A DNA stretch of 35,962 nucleotides from a virus (IMGVR_UViG_3300028588_000058:1-35962); one strand, 5' to 3'. Counted from the stretch's first letter, positions 19,117-30,093 are shown. Numbers and translations are program-made. The notes: a model not told the origin generated them from the letters alone.

Positions 19117-19133
19117 TTCCTGTAGGGCCAAAC

Positions 19134-19158
19134 AAAAAGCTCCCTAAGGAGCTTTTTT
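19134..19158. terminator. Bidirectional intrinsic terminator
   Basis: AAAAAGCTCC-CTAA-GGAGCTTTTTT. Confidence 0.85.
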
Positions 19159-19189
19159 ATTGAATTTATTGGAGAGAAAAATTGGTTAA

Positions 19190-19582
19190 TTAAACTCTTT
19201 TTTTTCTTGTTTTATTTTTTGATTTAGTGTTGTTTGGCGTAAGTTCAGGAGGATCTGGTTCAGCATGTCCGCAGGTTTGTTTAAATTCGCACTGAATTCC
19301 ATTCTCAAAGTGTTCACATTCCACTTGGGCCCAAGGATTTGCGTCAATTCCGTTACGAAGCAATTTCAAGGAGTAATTGCCGCAAACGCAGCAGGCAACG
19401 TCTTTTGCATTCGAAATCTTCATACAAATTTCTGCAACCAATTCTTCGCAGCTGGGCTCCTCGTTCGTCTCCTCATCACGGGCTTCCGCTATCGCCCGTA
19501 GAGCTAGGATCTTTTCAGTTATAGTTGCCAAATTTACGCTCCTTAAATTTAAACATCTCCTATTGCCTGGGATCAAGGTCAC
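19190..19582 (-). CDS. Antisense Cys-rich hypothetical protein (moron)
   Basis: AT-rich ORF with CxxC-like motifs; start uncertain. Confidence 0.45.
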   Translation of the reverse strand: MTLIPGNRRCLNLRSVNLATITEKILALRAIAEARDEETNEEPSCEELVAEICMKISNAKDVACCVCGNYSLKLLRNGIDANPWAQVECEHFENGIQCEFKQTCGHAEPDPPELTPNNTKSKNKTRKKRV

Positions 19583-19738
19583 AGCAGGCAGCCAAAATTA
19601 ATCATACTTGAATTTGTCGGCTGTGTCTCTGCCGTGGACGTAAATAGGACGCGGCGCAATAACGCGCCGCAACATGCCGCCAGATCAGAGAGTCGTGATA
19701 ACAAGCGCACCTCGCACCGATCACGGTAGGAGATTTTA

Positions 19739-20440
19739 ATGAACACGAAAAATAACTTAACAGATGCAGAGCTGCAAATCGCCATTGCAAACTTCAGTAA
19801 CGGCGCTAACCGATTCGCAGAAGATGAAAAGCGCGGCGTCCGCGATCAACGCACTGGCCGCTTTATCCAGCATGCTGACTATGGTGCAGACACCAAACTG
19901 AATGTGCAGTTTAGCGTGGAACCCGTACTGAGCAAGCTTGAAACGTACTTGGCTGGCGGCGTTCCAAAATACGTAGACATGGATTTCATCACGATCACCA
20001 TCCCAGGTGATAACGGCTTGGTGATCCATACGCCTGTAACCGACTTCTACGAATGGCGCTTTCCAAACGAATACGAGAATTTTAAGAAGGGGCAAGACGC
20101 GGCTATCACAGGAACTCCGTTGAGTTTGTGGCCAGCGATGCAGCCAGCACAGATTGCAGAGCTGAAGCATCACGGCATTCGCACAATCGAGCAACTAGCC
20201 GAGCTGTCGGACAGTTCCGCCGGGGTAATGCGCGGATTCTATCAAATGAAGAATAAGGCAAAGCAATTTTTGGAAGATGCCAAGGACAAGAACGCTACAG
20301 CCGTTGTCCGTGTTCAGATGGAGGAACAAGCAGAGCGCCATGCAGCCGAAATGAAGGCAATGGAAGACCGCTTTACTGCGATGCTCGCACAAGTCATTCC
20401 GAAAGAGAAAAAAGCTAAGCCAAGCGAAGACCTGGGCTAA
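19739..20440 (+). CDS. Conserved virion-module hypothetical protein
   Basis: AGGAG RBS; GTPL..WP and GIRTIEQLA..SD motifs; TAAATA at 19641. Confidence 0.8.
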   Translation: MNTKNNLTDAELQIAIANFSNGANRFAEDEKRGVRDQRTGRFIQHADYGADTKLNVQFSVEPVLSKLETYLAGGVPKYVDMDFITITIPGDNGLVIHTPVTDFYEWRFPNEYENFKKGQDAAITGTPLSLWPAMQPAQIAELKHHGIRTIEQLAELSDSSAGVMRGFYQMKNKAKQFLEDAKDKNATAVVRVQMEEQAERHAAEMKAMEDRFTAMLAQVIPKEKKAKPSEDLG

Positions 20441-20467
20441 ATAAGGCTTTAATGGACGAGACAACAG

Positions 20468-21187
20468 ATGGCACAAAAAACTTTATTGGAAATCGCGAAG
20501 ACGATCTGTTCAGAACTCGGGTTCCCGACTCCGGCAACGGTGGTCTCGTCTACTGATACAAACATCCTCAAGCTGCTCTCAATGATTCAAGCGGCTTGCG
20601 ATGACATCCTTCGCGAGTACGACTGGCAGGTATTGAACACCCGATACACCTTCACCACCAGTCCGGGCGTTGAAAGCTATGCGTTCCCAACCGATACAGA
20701 GCGCTTCATTGGCAGTACGTTCTTTGATCAGAACAACCGCTGGCCTATGGCGGGGCCGCTGACTGGGCCTGAGTGGGAGCAAGTCAAGGTATCTAACCTT
20801 GCCTCCAGTCCGTTTGTCCGCTACCGCATCATGAACAACCTCATGTACCTGTATCCCGTACCCGGCAACGCACCATACACGTTCTTGTACGAATACATGA
20901 GCAACGCCTGTTTCACTAGCAATGCAGGTTTGCCGCAAACATCGTTGCTGCAAGACAGCGACAAGATTCGCTTTGACCAACGCTGTGTTGTGTACGGAGC
21001 GAAGTTGAAATGGCTTGCCAGTGTGAACATGGACACTACTGCTGCGCTTGTCGATTACGCCCGTGCGTTGGAGTACGCGAAGAGTACGGACAGTCCAGCA
21101 CGCCGCTTGAACATTGGCGGTCACAACGGCTGCTTCCCATTGCTTTCGACGGCCAACATTCCAGATACCGGCTTCGGTGGCATGTAA
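20468..21187 (+). CDS. Head-tail adaptor protein
   Basis: Synteny; YDW..L, G..SYAFP and LYPVP motifs. Confidence 0.75.
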   Translation: MAQKTLLEIAKTICSELGFPTPATVVSSTDTNILKLLSMIQAACDDILREYDWQVLNTRYTFTTSPGVESYAFPTDTERFIGSTFFDQNNRWPMAGPLTGPEWEQVKVSNLASSPFVRYRIMNNLMYLYPVPGNAPYTFLYEYMSNACFTSNAGLPQTSLLQDSDKIRFDQRCVVYGAKLKWLASVNMDTTAALVDYARALEYAKSTDSPARRLNIGGHNGCFPLLSTANIPDTGFGGM

Positions 21188-22836
21188 TGGGTAGAACAAA
21201 CTTCACTCCACAACAACGCAGTGCGCAGAACGTCCAGTTGCCAGCTCCGTACTTGGGCATCAACACGCTCGATCCGCTGCAGGCTATGAACCCTGCGTAT
21301 GGCTTAAGCATTCAGAATTTCGTAGCGACTAACCAGGGCTTGTCTGTTCGTCAGGGATACCGCAAATGGGCCACCGGCCTGCCGGGTTCAGTCAGTAGCT
21401 TGCTACCGTTTCATACCCGAGTCAGCGCCTTGAGTAAGCTGTTCGCGGTGTCAGGCGGGGGCATCTATGACGTAACCAACGGCGGTGCTGTCGGCGCTGC
21501 TGTCGTGTCTGGGCTAAGCACGACCAATACGTATTGGCAAAGCGTTGTGCAGACGTTCACGCAAGCCACATCGAGCATTCTCGTAGCTGTTAATGGTGTT
21601 GATGCACCGCGTATGTTTGACGGCGTCACTTGGATCACTTGCACCCAGACAGCAACGCCGTCAGGTGTCGGCCAGTTTGCAGCGACTGACTTCAACAAAA
21701 ATGCTGTCAGCATCAGCAATTTCGTTGATGTCCTTCTGCACCAACAGCGACTTTGGTTTGTGGCTAACAACACGACTGTGGGCTACTACTGCGACATCGG
21801 TGCGGTAGGCGGGCCGCTGTATCCAATTGATTTTGGCCCGTACTTCACAACCGGCGGCAGACTTCAAAAGCTTGCAACCTGGACGATGGACAGTGGTGGT
21901 TCAACGGGTATACAGGCTTTGCTTGTCGCGATCTCCGACAAAGGCGACGTAGTGGCATTTCAGGGCACGAACCCAAACGACGCAGCATCGTGGTCGATGA
22001 TGGGAACCTACAAGATCGGCTCTCCAATTGGTCGCCGCTGCACAACGCAGTACGAAGGCGACTTGCTGATCTTGACGCAGGACGGGTTGAACCCGATGAG
22101 CAAATACCTGCAAAGTGGCCGCGTGGTCAACACGTCGTCACTGACGTACAAAATATCTCCAACGATCAGTAATCTAGTTGCCTCGTTGTCCAACACTCCG
22201 GGCTTTGAAGCGACGGTCTATCCTGGCGCCAACGTCATGATGTTGAACGTCCCGCAAAGTTTGCAAGCCAATAATTTTCAGTTTTGCTACAACACGATCA
22301 CGCAGGGATGGACGCAGTTCACGGGCTGGCCAGCGCAATGCTTTGGCCTGTTCAACGACGCGTTCTACTTTGGCGGTGATGGCTTCGTCGCTCTTGCGTT
22401 CATTGGCTATCAGGACGGAGCCGACATCAATGGGGCAGGGGGCAACAACATCGTGGCCACGGCCATGAGCGCCTTCACGGACATGCAAGCGGCGTTCGGT
22501 AGCGGCGTCGTCAAACACGCTAAGCAAGTAAAGCCGTATTTCGTTACCGGCAGCACGAATCCGAACATTTACGTGGGCGTGAATACCGACTTCAACCTGA
22601 CGCCGATTGTCGGTAGTGCGACGGTTAGCCCGGCCACTGGCGCTGTCTGGGATACGGCTAGATGGGATGATCAGAACACGACATGGGTCGGCAATCTCAC
22701 GACGGTTAATCGCTGGACTGGCGTGTCGTCATTCCCAGGCACTTACATCGCGGTGACAGTATCCGTGAGTGCTACGACGGACACGCTTTGGAGCGCAACA
22801 GACATCTTGGTCGCGCCGGGTGGCCCCTTTGCCTAA
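21187..22836 (+). CDS. Tail nozzle / DNA-stabilisation protein
   Basis: Beta-rich ~549-aa ORF coupled to the adaptor by a TAATG overlap. Confidence 0.75.
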   Translation: MGRTNFTPQQRSAQNVQLPAPYLGINTLDPLQAMNPAYGLSIQNFVATNQGLSVRQGYRKWATGLPGSVSSLLPFHTRVSALSKLFAVSGGGIYDVTNGGAVGAAVVSGLSTTNTYWQSVVQTFTQATSSILVAVNGVDAPRMFDGVTWITCTQTATPSGVGQFAATDFNKNAVSISNFVDVLLHQQRLWFVANNTTVGYYCDIGAVGGPLYPIDFGPYFTTGGRLQKLATWTMDSGGSTGIQALLVAISDKGDVVAFQGTNPNDAASWSMMGTYKIGSPIGRRCTTQYEGDLLILTQDGLNPMSKYLQSGRVVNTSSLTYKISPTISNLVASLSNTPGFEATVYPGANVMMLNVPQSLQANNFQFCYNTITQGWTQFTGWPAQCFGLFNDAFYFGGDGFVALAFIGYQDGADINGAGGNNIVATAMSAFTDMQAAFGSGVVKHAKQVKPYFVTGSTNPNIYVGVNTDFNLTPIVGSATVSPATGAVWDTARWDDQNTTWVGNLTTVNRWTGVSSFPGTYIAVTVSVSATTDTLWSATDILVAPGGPFA

Positions 22837-23308
22837 GCGCCAAATCATCACAGACCAGGCACATGCTGCTTACTTCCTGCAATGGATGAAAGACCGCATT
22901 GGCGACTGCGGCGAGTTTTCGACTCAAGACTGTCGAACGATCGCTCATGTACTTGTCCATGAAGATCGACCACCAGAAATCCTGGCAGTGGTCGCGTTCA
23001 ACCGATGGAGTCCGTACGGCGTTGAAGGGAACATTGCAAGCGATGGCACGCGTCGTTGGTTCACTCGAGACTTCGCTTTCACGATTTACGACTTCGTATT
23101 TCGCAGTGCTGGTAAGACCCGCTTCAACTTCACGGTATCGACTGCCAACGCAGCCGCGATAACCATGCATAAAAAACTAGGCCATGTTTTTGCTGCTCGT
23201 CTGGAAGACGCGTTTGGTGAAGACGAAGATGCGTTGATTTACGGCCTAACGCGAAAACAATGGTTGGCTGGCCCGTGGTCAAAGCCTTCAAATCACAAGG
23301 AAAAATGA
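22829..23308 (+). CDS. GNAT-fold phage tail-region protein
   Basis: N..A..MHKKLG..F motif; usual position after the nozzle; TTG start inferred. Confidence 0.7.
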   Translation: MPKRQIITDQAHAAYFLQWMKDRIGDCGEFSTQDCRTIAHVLVHEDRPPEILAVVAFNRWSPYGVEGNIASDGTRRWFTRDFAFTIYDFVFRSAGKTRFNFTVSTANAAAITMHKKLGHVFAARLEDAFGEDEDALIYGLTRKQWLAGPWSKPSNHKEK

Positions 23309-23309
23309 A

Positions 23310-23555
23310 ATGGGCATCGGATCTTCACCAGCAGGAACTCCAGGAGCACCGGCAGCATCGCCGGCAGCATCGGCATCAACGGATGCAAGTAGCGCCCCAA
23401 TTACTGACAGACAGAAGATGGCAATTTCGATGCTACTCAGTCAGATGGGCAAAGGTGCGCAGAGCATGCCGGGTATGCAGCAACAGCAGATGTCGGGGCA
23501 ACCGACAACTCAGACCATTGAAGGCGGGACGGTTATCAATCCGAACGCACGCTGA
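23310..23555 (+). CDS. Small low-complexity hypothetical protein, possibly virion-associated
   Basis: AAGGA RBS; coupled to the previous gene. Confidence 0.55.
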   Translation: MGIGSSPAGTPGAPAASPAASASTDASSAPITDRQKMAISMLLSQMGKGAQSMPGMQQQQMSGQPTTQTIEGGTVINPNAR

Positions 23556-23601
23556 ACCGGTCGGATAAGTAGAAGAAAACATTCATTATGGAAGTACCTA
23601 A

Positions 23602-25068
23602 ATGTCGAAAGGATCAGCACCACCAGCGCCGGATTACACAGGTGCAGCGCAAGCAACAGCCGAAGGTAACGCGGCCAATCTAGCGGCCCAAACAGCGGCC
23701 AATCGCCCTAACCAAGTCACCCCATGGGGTACATCGACATGGACCAGTACGCCTGGAGCTGATGGAAATGCGACGTGGACGCAGAACCTGACGTTGACAG
23801 CCGCCGAGCAGAAAGCACTCGATTCGCAACAAAGCATTCAGCAAAACCAATCGTCTCTTGCTGCTGGCCTTCAAGGTCAGGTAGCAAACACGATGAAGGA
23901 TGGCTTTACCGCCCCCGACATGGCTGAGTACACAAGCGGTGTCCCTTCAATCAACTCAGGCTACACAGGCTTCAATCCAGCAGGTAGCGGCGTTGGTGCT
24001 ATCGACCAAGCGAAGATCGATCCTTCGACGTACACCAACGCTTACAAGGGCTTGGATCAGAACCTGACTTCTACAGCGAAGCCGCTGCAAACTTCGGTAG
24101 CGAGCGCAGCTGTGAAAACCGACCCGAACGCTTACACCGCTGGTGCGGGTGCCGTCGATCTGAATGCCCCTCAATTCAACCAAGCGACAGCAGATGCTGG
24201 TACGGCTGCGGCTTACAAGGCGTCCACCGGCTTGCTCACAGACGGATGGGAGCAGGACACAACCAATCTCGATTCCAAGCTGCGCTCCCAAGGTCTGACA
24301 CCAGGCACGGTCGCGTACAACAACGCAATGCAGAACACGCTGCGCGTGCAAGGTCAGCAGAAAAACAGCTTGGCCAATCAAGCCCTTGTCACCGGCAACC
24401 AGCTCGCCAATACCAACTACGCGTCTGCGCTGTCCGGCTATCAAGCTGGTAACGCTGCGCAAAACCAAGCGTACTCGCAAGGTCTTAGCAGCTTCGGTGC
24501 AGCCAATACGGCGGCAGGCCAGCAGTACACACAGAACTTGGGTAACGCGAGTCTGAACAACAGCGCAGCGGCCCAGCAATACGGCCAGGATCTGTCGACC
24601 TTCAACGCCAAAAATACAGCCGCAACTCAAACTTTGAGCAATGGATTGGCGCAGAACAGCGCTGCATTGCAGAACCAATCTGCGTACAACACGGCGGCAG
24701 GTCAAGCGTACAGCCAGGCTCTGGGAACATACGGCACTCAGCAGCAAGCGATAACGAACTCTAACGCCGCACAACAGCAAGCCTATGCGCAAGCGATGCA
24801 GCAGTACACCACCGCTTACCAGAACTCGTATCAGAACTACCTGCAGCCACTGAATAGCATGAACGCGGTTCTCACTGGTCAACAGGTTGCGAGTCCAAGT
24901 ATGCCTAGCTTCACTGCTGCGGGTTACACGCCGGGAGCCGATTTTTCAGGTGCAGCAAGCTCAACGGGAGCGTACGAATCAGCCGCTGCAGCGCAGAAGG
25001 CCGCGAGTGGCAGCTCGACGATGGGCACAGTTGGCACACTAGGCGCAGCTGCAATGATGGCGTTTTGA
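23602..25068 (+). CDS. Putative DNA ejection / pilot protein
   Basis: APPAPDY..AA and NRPNQVTPWG start; A/Q/N-rich helical repeats; G/A-rich hydrophobic end. Confidence 0.7.
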   Translation: MSKGSAPPAPDYTGAAQATAEGNAANLAAQTAANRPNQVTPWGTSTWTSTPGADGNATWTQNLTLTAAEQKALDSQQSIQQNQSSLAAGLQGQVANTMKDGFTAPDMAEYTSGVPSINSGYTGFNPAGSGVGAIDQAKIDPSTYTNAYKGLDQNLTSTAKPLQTSVASAAVKTDPNAYTAGAGAVDLNAPQFNQATADAGTAAAYKASTGLLTDGWEQDTTNLDSKLRSQGLTPGTVAYNNAMQNTLRVQGQQKNSLANQALVTGNQLANTNYASALSGYQAGNAAQNQAYSQGLSSFGAANTAAGQQYTQNLGNASLNNSAAAQQYGQDLSTFNAKNTAATQTLSNGLAQNSAALQNQSAYNTAAGQAYSQALGTYGTQQQAITNSNAAQQQAYAQAMQQYTTAYQNSYQNYLQPLNSMNAVLTGQQVASPSMPSFTAAGYTPGADFSGAASSTGAYESAAAAQKAASGSSTMGTVGTLGAAAMMAF

Positions 25069-25823
25069 TGTCCAACACAGCATTCGACTCCGTCATGAAC
25101 GCGCACACGCGCATCGCTCTTCAATTCAGCGGTGGTCGTGACAGCCTTGCGATGCTGCTGGCGTTGCGCCCGCATTGGGACCGCATCACGGTCTACTACA
25201 CGAACAGCGGCGATCCATTTCCAGAAACAACCGCACTGGTCGATGCCGTCAGAAACGTGGTTCCGCACTTTGTCGAAATTATGGGCAGAGTCAAGGAAGT
25301 TCACGAGCAGATGGGCTGGCCTAGCGACGTGCTGCAACCAGGTACAGGGTTTCAATTTGCTCGTGAAGACATTGGCGACTACGTGCCGCTTATAGACCGT
25401 CACAACTGCTGCTTCCACTCGATCATGACACCCATGCATGAACGCATGAAAGCGGACGGCATCACGTTGCTGATACGTGGTCAGCGCGACGAAGACAGCA
25501 CTAAAAGTCATGTCGCCAACGGGTCAGTAATCGAAGGCATCCAGTTGCTTTTCCCGATTGCACACTGGACGACAGCGGAGGTGGAAAAGTGCATTACAGA
25601 TCATGGCGTTCCGTTACCGCCGTTCTACGCAGCGGGTTTGACATCTACACCTGACTGCATGCACTGCACAGCTTGGCTTGAGCACGGCGCCCATAAATAC
25701 ATCGCTGTTCATCACCCAGCATTAGCGCTGGAAGTGAACGCACGTTTGAAAAAAATTAGAGTAGTCGTTGAGCCGTTCATTCGTCGTCTTAACGAAGCAC
25801 AGGAGACATTGAATGGCAATTAA
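25065..25823 (+). CDS. PAPS-reductase-family (PP-loop) protein
   Basis: QFSGGRDS, CC, IRGQR, FPIAHW and DCMHC motifs. Confidence 0.85.
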   Translation: MMSNTAFDSVMNAHTRIALQFSGGRDSLAMLLALRPHWDRITVYYTNSGDPFPETTALVDAVRNVVPHFVEIMGRVKEVHEQMGWPSDVLQPGTGFQFAREDIGDYVPLIDRHNCCFHSIMTPMHERMKADGITLLIRGQRDEDSTKSHVANGSVIEGIQLLFPIAHWTTAEVEKCITDHGVPLPPFYAAGLTSTPDCMHCTAWLEHGAHKYIAVHHPALALEVNARLKKIRVVVEPFIRRLNEAQETLNGN

Positions 25824-27693
25824 CTGGCTCGGCGGCCCAACGTCGCCATCTGACCCAAGTACGTTTAACTACGACACTGCGGCACAACAAGTGCAGCGTC
25901 AACGAGCGGCCGCACAATCGCTCCAACAACTGGCAATGACGCCCAATCAGGGTCAGATCATCAAGGGCGGCGATTTCACTGGCTACGCTGGCGGTAACAC
26001 CTTGGGATCAACATTAGCCCGGGTTCTTTCTTCCCTTGTTAGCAACACCGCACACAGTAGCGCCGATGATCAGCAAAATCAGTTGTCGCTCGATTCGCAA
26101 GACGCGCTCAGTTACACGATGGACCCAAAGAACACACCGGCTGGTAGACGCGTTGCTGCTGCACTTTTGGCAAAAAGCAAAGCGGATGAAGCTAGCAGCG
26201 CGGAAGGTGACTTACCAGATGCCCAGGTCCAAGCGTTGGCGGTTGTTGAAGCAAGCCCGGCAATAAATCCGTTGGCACAAGCAGCGTCTCAAGCACTGCA
26301 ACAAGCGCCCAATACAGCTCCGAAGCCTGGGCCGAGCGCGAAGCCGGTAAGTGTGGAAAGCCAGACGGTTTCAAGCACTCCGCGTCCGCGTCAATCTGTC
26401 ACAGGGGGCGCGCAAAGTTTCGGGATTGGTGGTCTGTCGCGCGTATTAGGCCCGCAGATTAGCGCACCACCGAGCGCACCTGCTACAAGTGGCTCGATGA
26501 GTGCCGACGACATTGCGTTTGCGTCAAAAATGTTCGGTGGTTCTCGACAGCCGGCTCCGCAACGTGCAGCCTTATCCCCTAGGGCTGCACCAACGACGTC
26601 TGGCGCGACAGGACCAGTCCGCACAGCACCTATGTCAGCTCCGATCCCTCTGCAGGGCCAAGCACCGCTGCCACAAGCGCCGTCGACTGTGCCGGCTCCA
26701 CCAAGCATACCGACGCCACTACCGACGCCGATGCCGCAACAGCAAGCACAGCCACAACCCTCGCCACAAGCCGCGCCAACACCGGATGACTCACAGCCGA
26801 CGCAAGCCGAACAGCTCGCCCAGTTGCAAGCAATGTCACGCACCGGTCCAATGGGCCAACAAATGGCAACAGCCATGATGAACAGCCAGTTCAGTCGGGA
26901 ATGGGGCGAGATCAAGAATGCTGACGGCGCTACCATCGGCGTTTACAACAAGCGCGATCCCGGCCAGACGATGTCCTTCAAGGGCACGAACACAGGAACG
27001 AAAACGATCGATGCTGCACAGGGCTTGGTAAAAAGCACCGACTACACCAATCCAGATGCGATGGAGCGCTTGAACCAAAACTTGGCGTCTATTGGTCAGC
27101 CACCTATGACGCCGCAACAGGTTGCAGGTTTGCAGCAGACGGCACCTGAACGTGCAACGCATCAGCTCGAAATGAGCAAAGCACAAGGTGAGGTGGCAAC
27201 CGACATCACTACGTCGCGTAACACCATCGCTACCATGCAAAAGGGTATCAACGACGCAAACACGATGATCGCATTGTCTGCGAAAGTCGGTAGCCGCTAT
27301 CCAGCAGGTTCAACGATTGCGCAGCTCTGGAGCCAGTACGGTCATCGCGACCCAGATGTCGATCAACTTAAACAGCTCTACGCCACCAACCAGCTTGCAG
27401 AAGCTCGCGATGCATTGCAGGGTCAGGGTCGAATGACGCAAACGGAAATCGGCGTATTCAAGGACGCGACTCCAAACATGCTCACCAGTCCTGCGGCTGT
27501 CGCTCGATTGGTTGGTCCGAGCGTGGCACTTATGCAGAGAAAGCTGGATACCGAACAAGGCATCCTGTCTGAACGGACCAACCGCTACCAGAAGCTTGGT
27601 GGTGACCCGGCAGCGTTCGGTCAAGGTCAGGCGCAAGCGCCTATGCAATCAGGAGCATCGACAGGCCGTGCTCCCGGCAATTACAACTTCTAA
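25813..27693 (+). CDS. Putative internal virion / ejection protein
   Basis: Synteny; P/Q-rich linker and helical C-terminus. Confidence 0.65.
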   Translation: MAINWLGGPTSPSDPSTFNYDTAAQQVQRQRAAAQSLQQLAMTPNQGQIIKGGDFTGYAGGNTLGSTLARVLSSLVSNTAHSSADDQQNQLSLDSQDALSYTMDPKNTPAGRRVAAALLAKSKADEASSAEGDLPDAQVQALAVVEASPAINPLAQAASQALQQAPNTAPKPGPSAKPVSVESQTVSSTPRPRQSVTGGAQSFGIGGLSRVLGPQISAPPSAPATSGSMSADDIAFASKMFGGSRQPAPQRAALSPRAAPTTSGATGPVRTAPMSAPIPLQGQAPLPQAPSTVPAPPSIPTPLPTPMPQQQAQPQPSPQAAPTPDDSQPTQAEQLAQLQAMSRTGPMGQQMATAMMNSQFSREWGEIKNADGATIGVYNKRDPGQTMSFKGTNTGTKTIDAAQGLVKSTDYTNPDAMERLNQNLASIGQPPMTPQQVAGLQQTAPERATHQLEMSKAQGEVATDITTSRNTIATMQKGINDANTMIALSAKVGSRYPAGSTIAQLWSQYGHRDPDVDQLKQLYATNQLAEARDALQGQGRMTQTEIGVFKDATPNMLTSPAAVARLVGPSVALMQRKLDTEQGILSERTNRYQKLGGDPAAFGQGQAQAPMQSGASTGRAPGNYNF

Positions 27694-27696
27694 GCT

Positions 27697-29847
27697 ATGG
27701 CAGACATCAACAACTTCGTCTCATCTAATCTGCAAGCGGCGCAACTCGCCGCCGCGCAGTTGGGTACTGATCCGGCACACGTACTCGGTCAATGGGGGCT
27801 TGAAACCGGCTGGGGCAAAAGTGTCATACCAGGTTCGAACAATCTGGGGAACATCAAATCCACGAACGGTCAGGGTATCAGCGCTGTCGATAACCAACTA
27901 AAGACGACCAGCAAATACGCTGCGTACGACACGCCCGCGGAAGGCGCGCAAGCGTATGCCGACCTGTTGCAGCGTAGCCGTTACAGAAGCGTGCAAGGCA
28001 CTAGTGGAGATCCTGCGTCATTCGCAAACGGGCTAGTCAAAGGCGGCTATGCGGAAGACCCAAATTATTCCGGCAAGCTGCAAGGCGCAATTCAAGTGGT
28101 GAAGCAAACCAGTAAGGTTCCGACCTTGAACGACATGCGTGCTCAACTCGCGCAGCAAGTGACCGAAGACTACGCGAAGGGCACTGACTCATCGATCATC
28201 ATCAAAGGATTGATGCAGACGAAATTGGCTGGTCCCGATGTGATGGCTGCTCTGCAAAAGGGCACTGATCCAGAACGAATTTTAAGTGTGATCGGCGGCA
28301 CTCCGTTGGCAAAATTTAAGGCGACTGATCCAGCACAGCGGGTCAAAGCGCAAAGCTTTGGAACGAACCTCATGCAGGGAGCAAGCAATGCTGTATCTGA
28401 CATAGGCAATGGTGCGCGTCAGTTGGCGAACCGTGCGGTCGGGGACGATGCGCAACTTAAGTATTTGCAAGCTGAACAAGCGAAAGCAGAAGCGAACCCG
28501 GAACGTCAAGCGCTTGGCGATACTGCTGGTGGACAGATCGGTAATGTAGCCACGAAGGCGTTGCCTTATGTTGCCGCTGGCGTTCTCGCCCCAGAAGGGC
28601 TGATACCTGCTCTCATTGCCAACGGTATGGTTGGTGCCGCGTCTGGCGCGTTGAAGCCAACAACTGGCGACGGCCAAATCCTCGGGAACATCGGCACGGA
28701 AGCCGGGCTTGGCGCTGTCGGCGGCGGCGCTGGCTACTTTGCCGGTAAGGGACTTAGCGCAATGGCAAGCAAGGCACTTGGGGGTGACGCCGCTGCCACT
28801 GCTCGACTAGCCGGAGCTAAAGCTCAAGGACTGCCAACTACCGTAGCTGGCGTCAACGGGCCAAATGGCTTCTGGCGCAACATCGCTGACTCGATGCCAC
28901 AAAGCGGTAAGGTAATCGGCGCACAAGTTGAAGCGGAAGGTGCCATCGCGGGAAAGGTTGCAGAGGGCATGGGCTTGAAAAACTACGTCGGCGCAATCGA
29001 TACCAACATGCTGAACGCAGCGCGTCCAGGCATCAAGCAAGCACTTGATGACGCCACCAATGTCATGGTCACCTTGCCGAAGTCGATGAGGTCCGATCTT
29101 CAAGCGCTGGTCAAGTCAGGTACTAATCTGCTCACGGAAGGCATCGCCAATAACAGCGTAGTTAAGACCGCAATCGGCAACCTGACCAAGGCCATCAATT
29201 CTGGTAAGCCTGTGGCCGGTGCTGACATCCAAGGTCTGGCAAGCGAATTGAAGAGCGTTTTGTACAACCAAGGCACGACGCATAGCGAGAAGCAGTTGGC
29301 GGGTAACGTCATCGACAAGATCAATGCATCGCTGACCAACAACATGACGCCTGAACAGCTTAACGCTTTTAAGGCCGCGAACGACCAGTACCGCAGTCTA
29401 CTGTCTGTCCAGAAGATGGTTAAGGCCAGCAACGACACCGGCACGGTCACCCCGCGACAGATGCTCCAAGCTGCCAAGACAGGCTCGTTTAGCAATGCGT
29501 TTCTGAAAGGCGAAGCCCCGTATCAAGAACTGGCCGGCACTGCGGCTGACCTGTACGGTGCATCCGGAGGACATGGGCTAGGCTCGGTAATCGGCAAGGC
29601 CATCAGCGGCCATGGGTTGGATGCAGCGGCAATGATCATGCATCCAAGTCCGGTTACGGCCGCTGGCGTGGTGGGTAAGCAGATGATTTCTAACCTGCTC
29701 GCACGTGCTGCGACGTCCCAGAACCCGAGCATGATCCGCATGCTGACAGGGGCGGGTGGAAAGCAGCTCGACCCGGTGTTGGCAAGCGCGATTGCGAAGG
29801 CATTAGGCGGTACTTCCGCAGCGGCTGCAGGTTCGCTGGATCAATGA
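27697..29847 (+). CDS. Ejection protein with N-terminal GH73/FlgJ-like peptidoglycan hydrolase domain
   Basis: QWGLETGWG, NNLGNIK and GGYAEDPNY motifs, followed by a G/A-rich helical region. Confidence 0.85.
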   Translation: MADINNFVSSNLQAAQLAAAQLGTDPAHVLGQWGLETGWGKSVIPGSNNLGNIKSTNGQGISAVDNQLKTTSKYAAYDTPAEGAQAYADLLQRSRYRSVQGTSGDPASFANGLVKGGYAEDPNYSGKLQGAIQVVKQTSKVPTLNDMRAQLAQQVTEDYAKGTDSSIIIKGLMQTKLAGPDVMAALQKGTDPERILSVIGGTPLAKFKATDPAQRVKAQSFGTNLMQGASNAVSDIGNGARQLANRAVGDDAQLKYLQAEQAKAEANPERQALGDTAGGQIGNVATKALPYVAAGVLAPEGLIPALIANGMVGAASGALKPTTGDGQILGNIGTEAGLGAVGGGAGYFAGKGLSAMASKALGGDAAATARLAGAKAQGLPTTVAGVNGPNGFWRNIADSMPQSGKVIGAQVEAEGAIAGKVAEGMGLKNYVGAIDTNMLNAARPGIKQALDDATNVMVTLPKSMRSDLQALVKSGTNLLTEGIANNSVVKTAIGNLTKAINSGKPVAGADIQGLASELKSVLYNQGTTHSEKQLAGNVIDKINASLTNNMTPEQLNAFKAANDQYRSLLSVQKMVKASNDTGTVTPRQMLQAAKTGSFSNAFLKGEAPYQELAGTAADLYGASGGHGLGSVIGKAISGHGLDAAAMIMHPSPVTAAGVVGKQMISNLLARAATSQNPSMIRMLTGAGGKQLDPVLASAIAKALGGTSAAAAGSLDQ

Positions 29848-30093
29848 AGATTTGCTGACCAAATTTCTTGATTCTGTGGTAGTATTCTTGTCTCAATTGG
29901 ATGAATTGATGAGAGGAATTTTAAGACTGGGTCCGATGCGAGTCTCCAGCAGAGTCAGGGCAAACAACAATGCGTGAGCATTGTGGCACGCAAGACAACT
30001 GCAAAAGCCGCTACCGCCTCGAAAGCGGCTAAGCGCGACACCCACACCGAACGCAAAAGCAAACATCACAACACAACAAAACAGGAGACGCCG

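Noticed and set aside
21010-21186. Upstream start of the nozzle ORF
   Set aside because: It overlaps the adaptor gene; TAATG coupling at 21187 is more plausible
23956-24882. 308-aa antisense ORF and similar long antisense ORFs in the virion module
   Set aside because: Codon-bias shadows of the plus-strand genes, with no RBS or motifs
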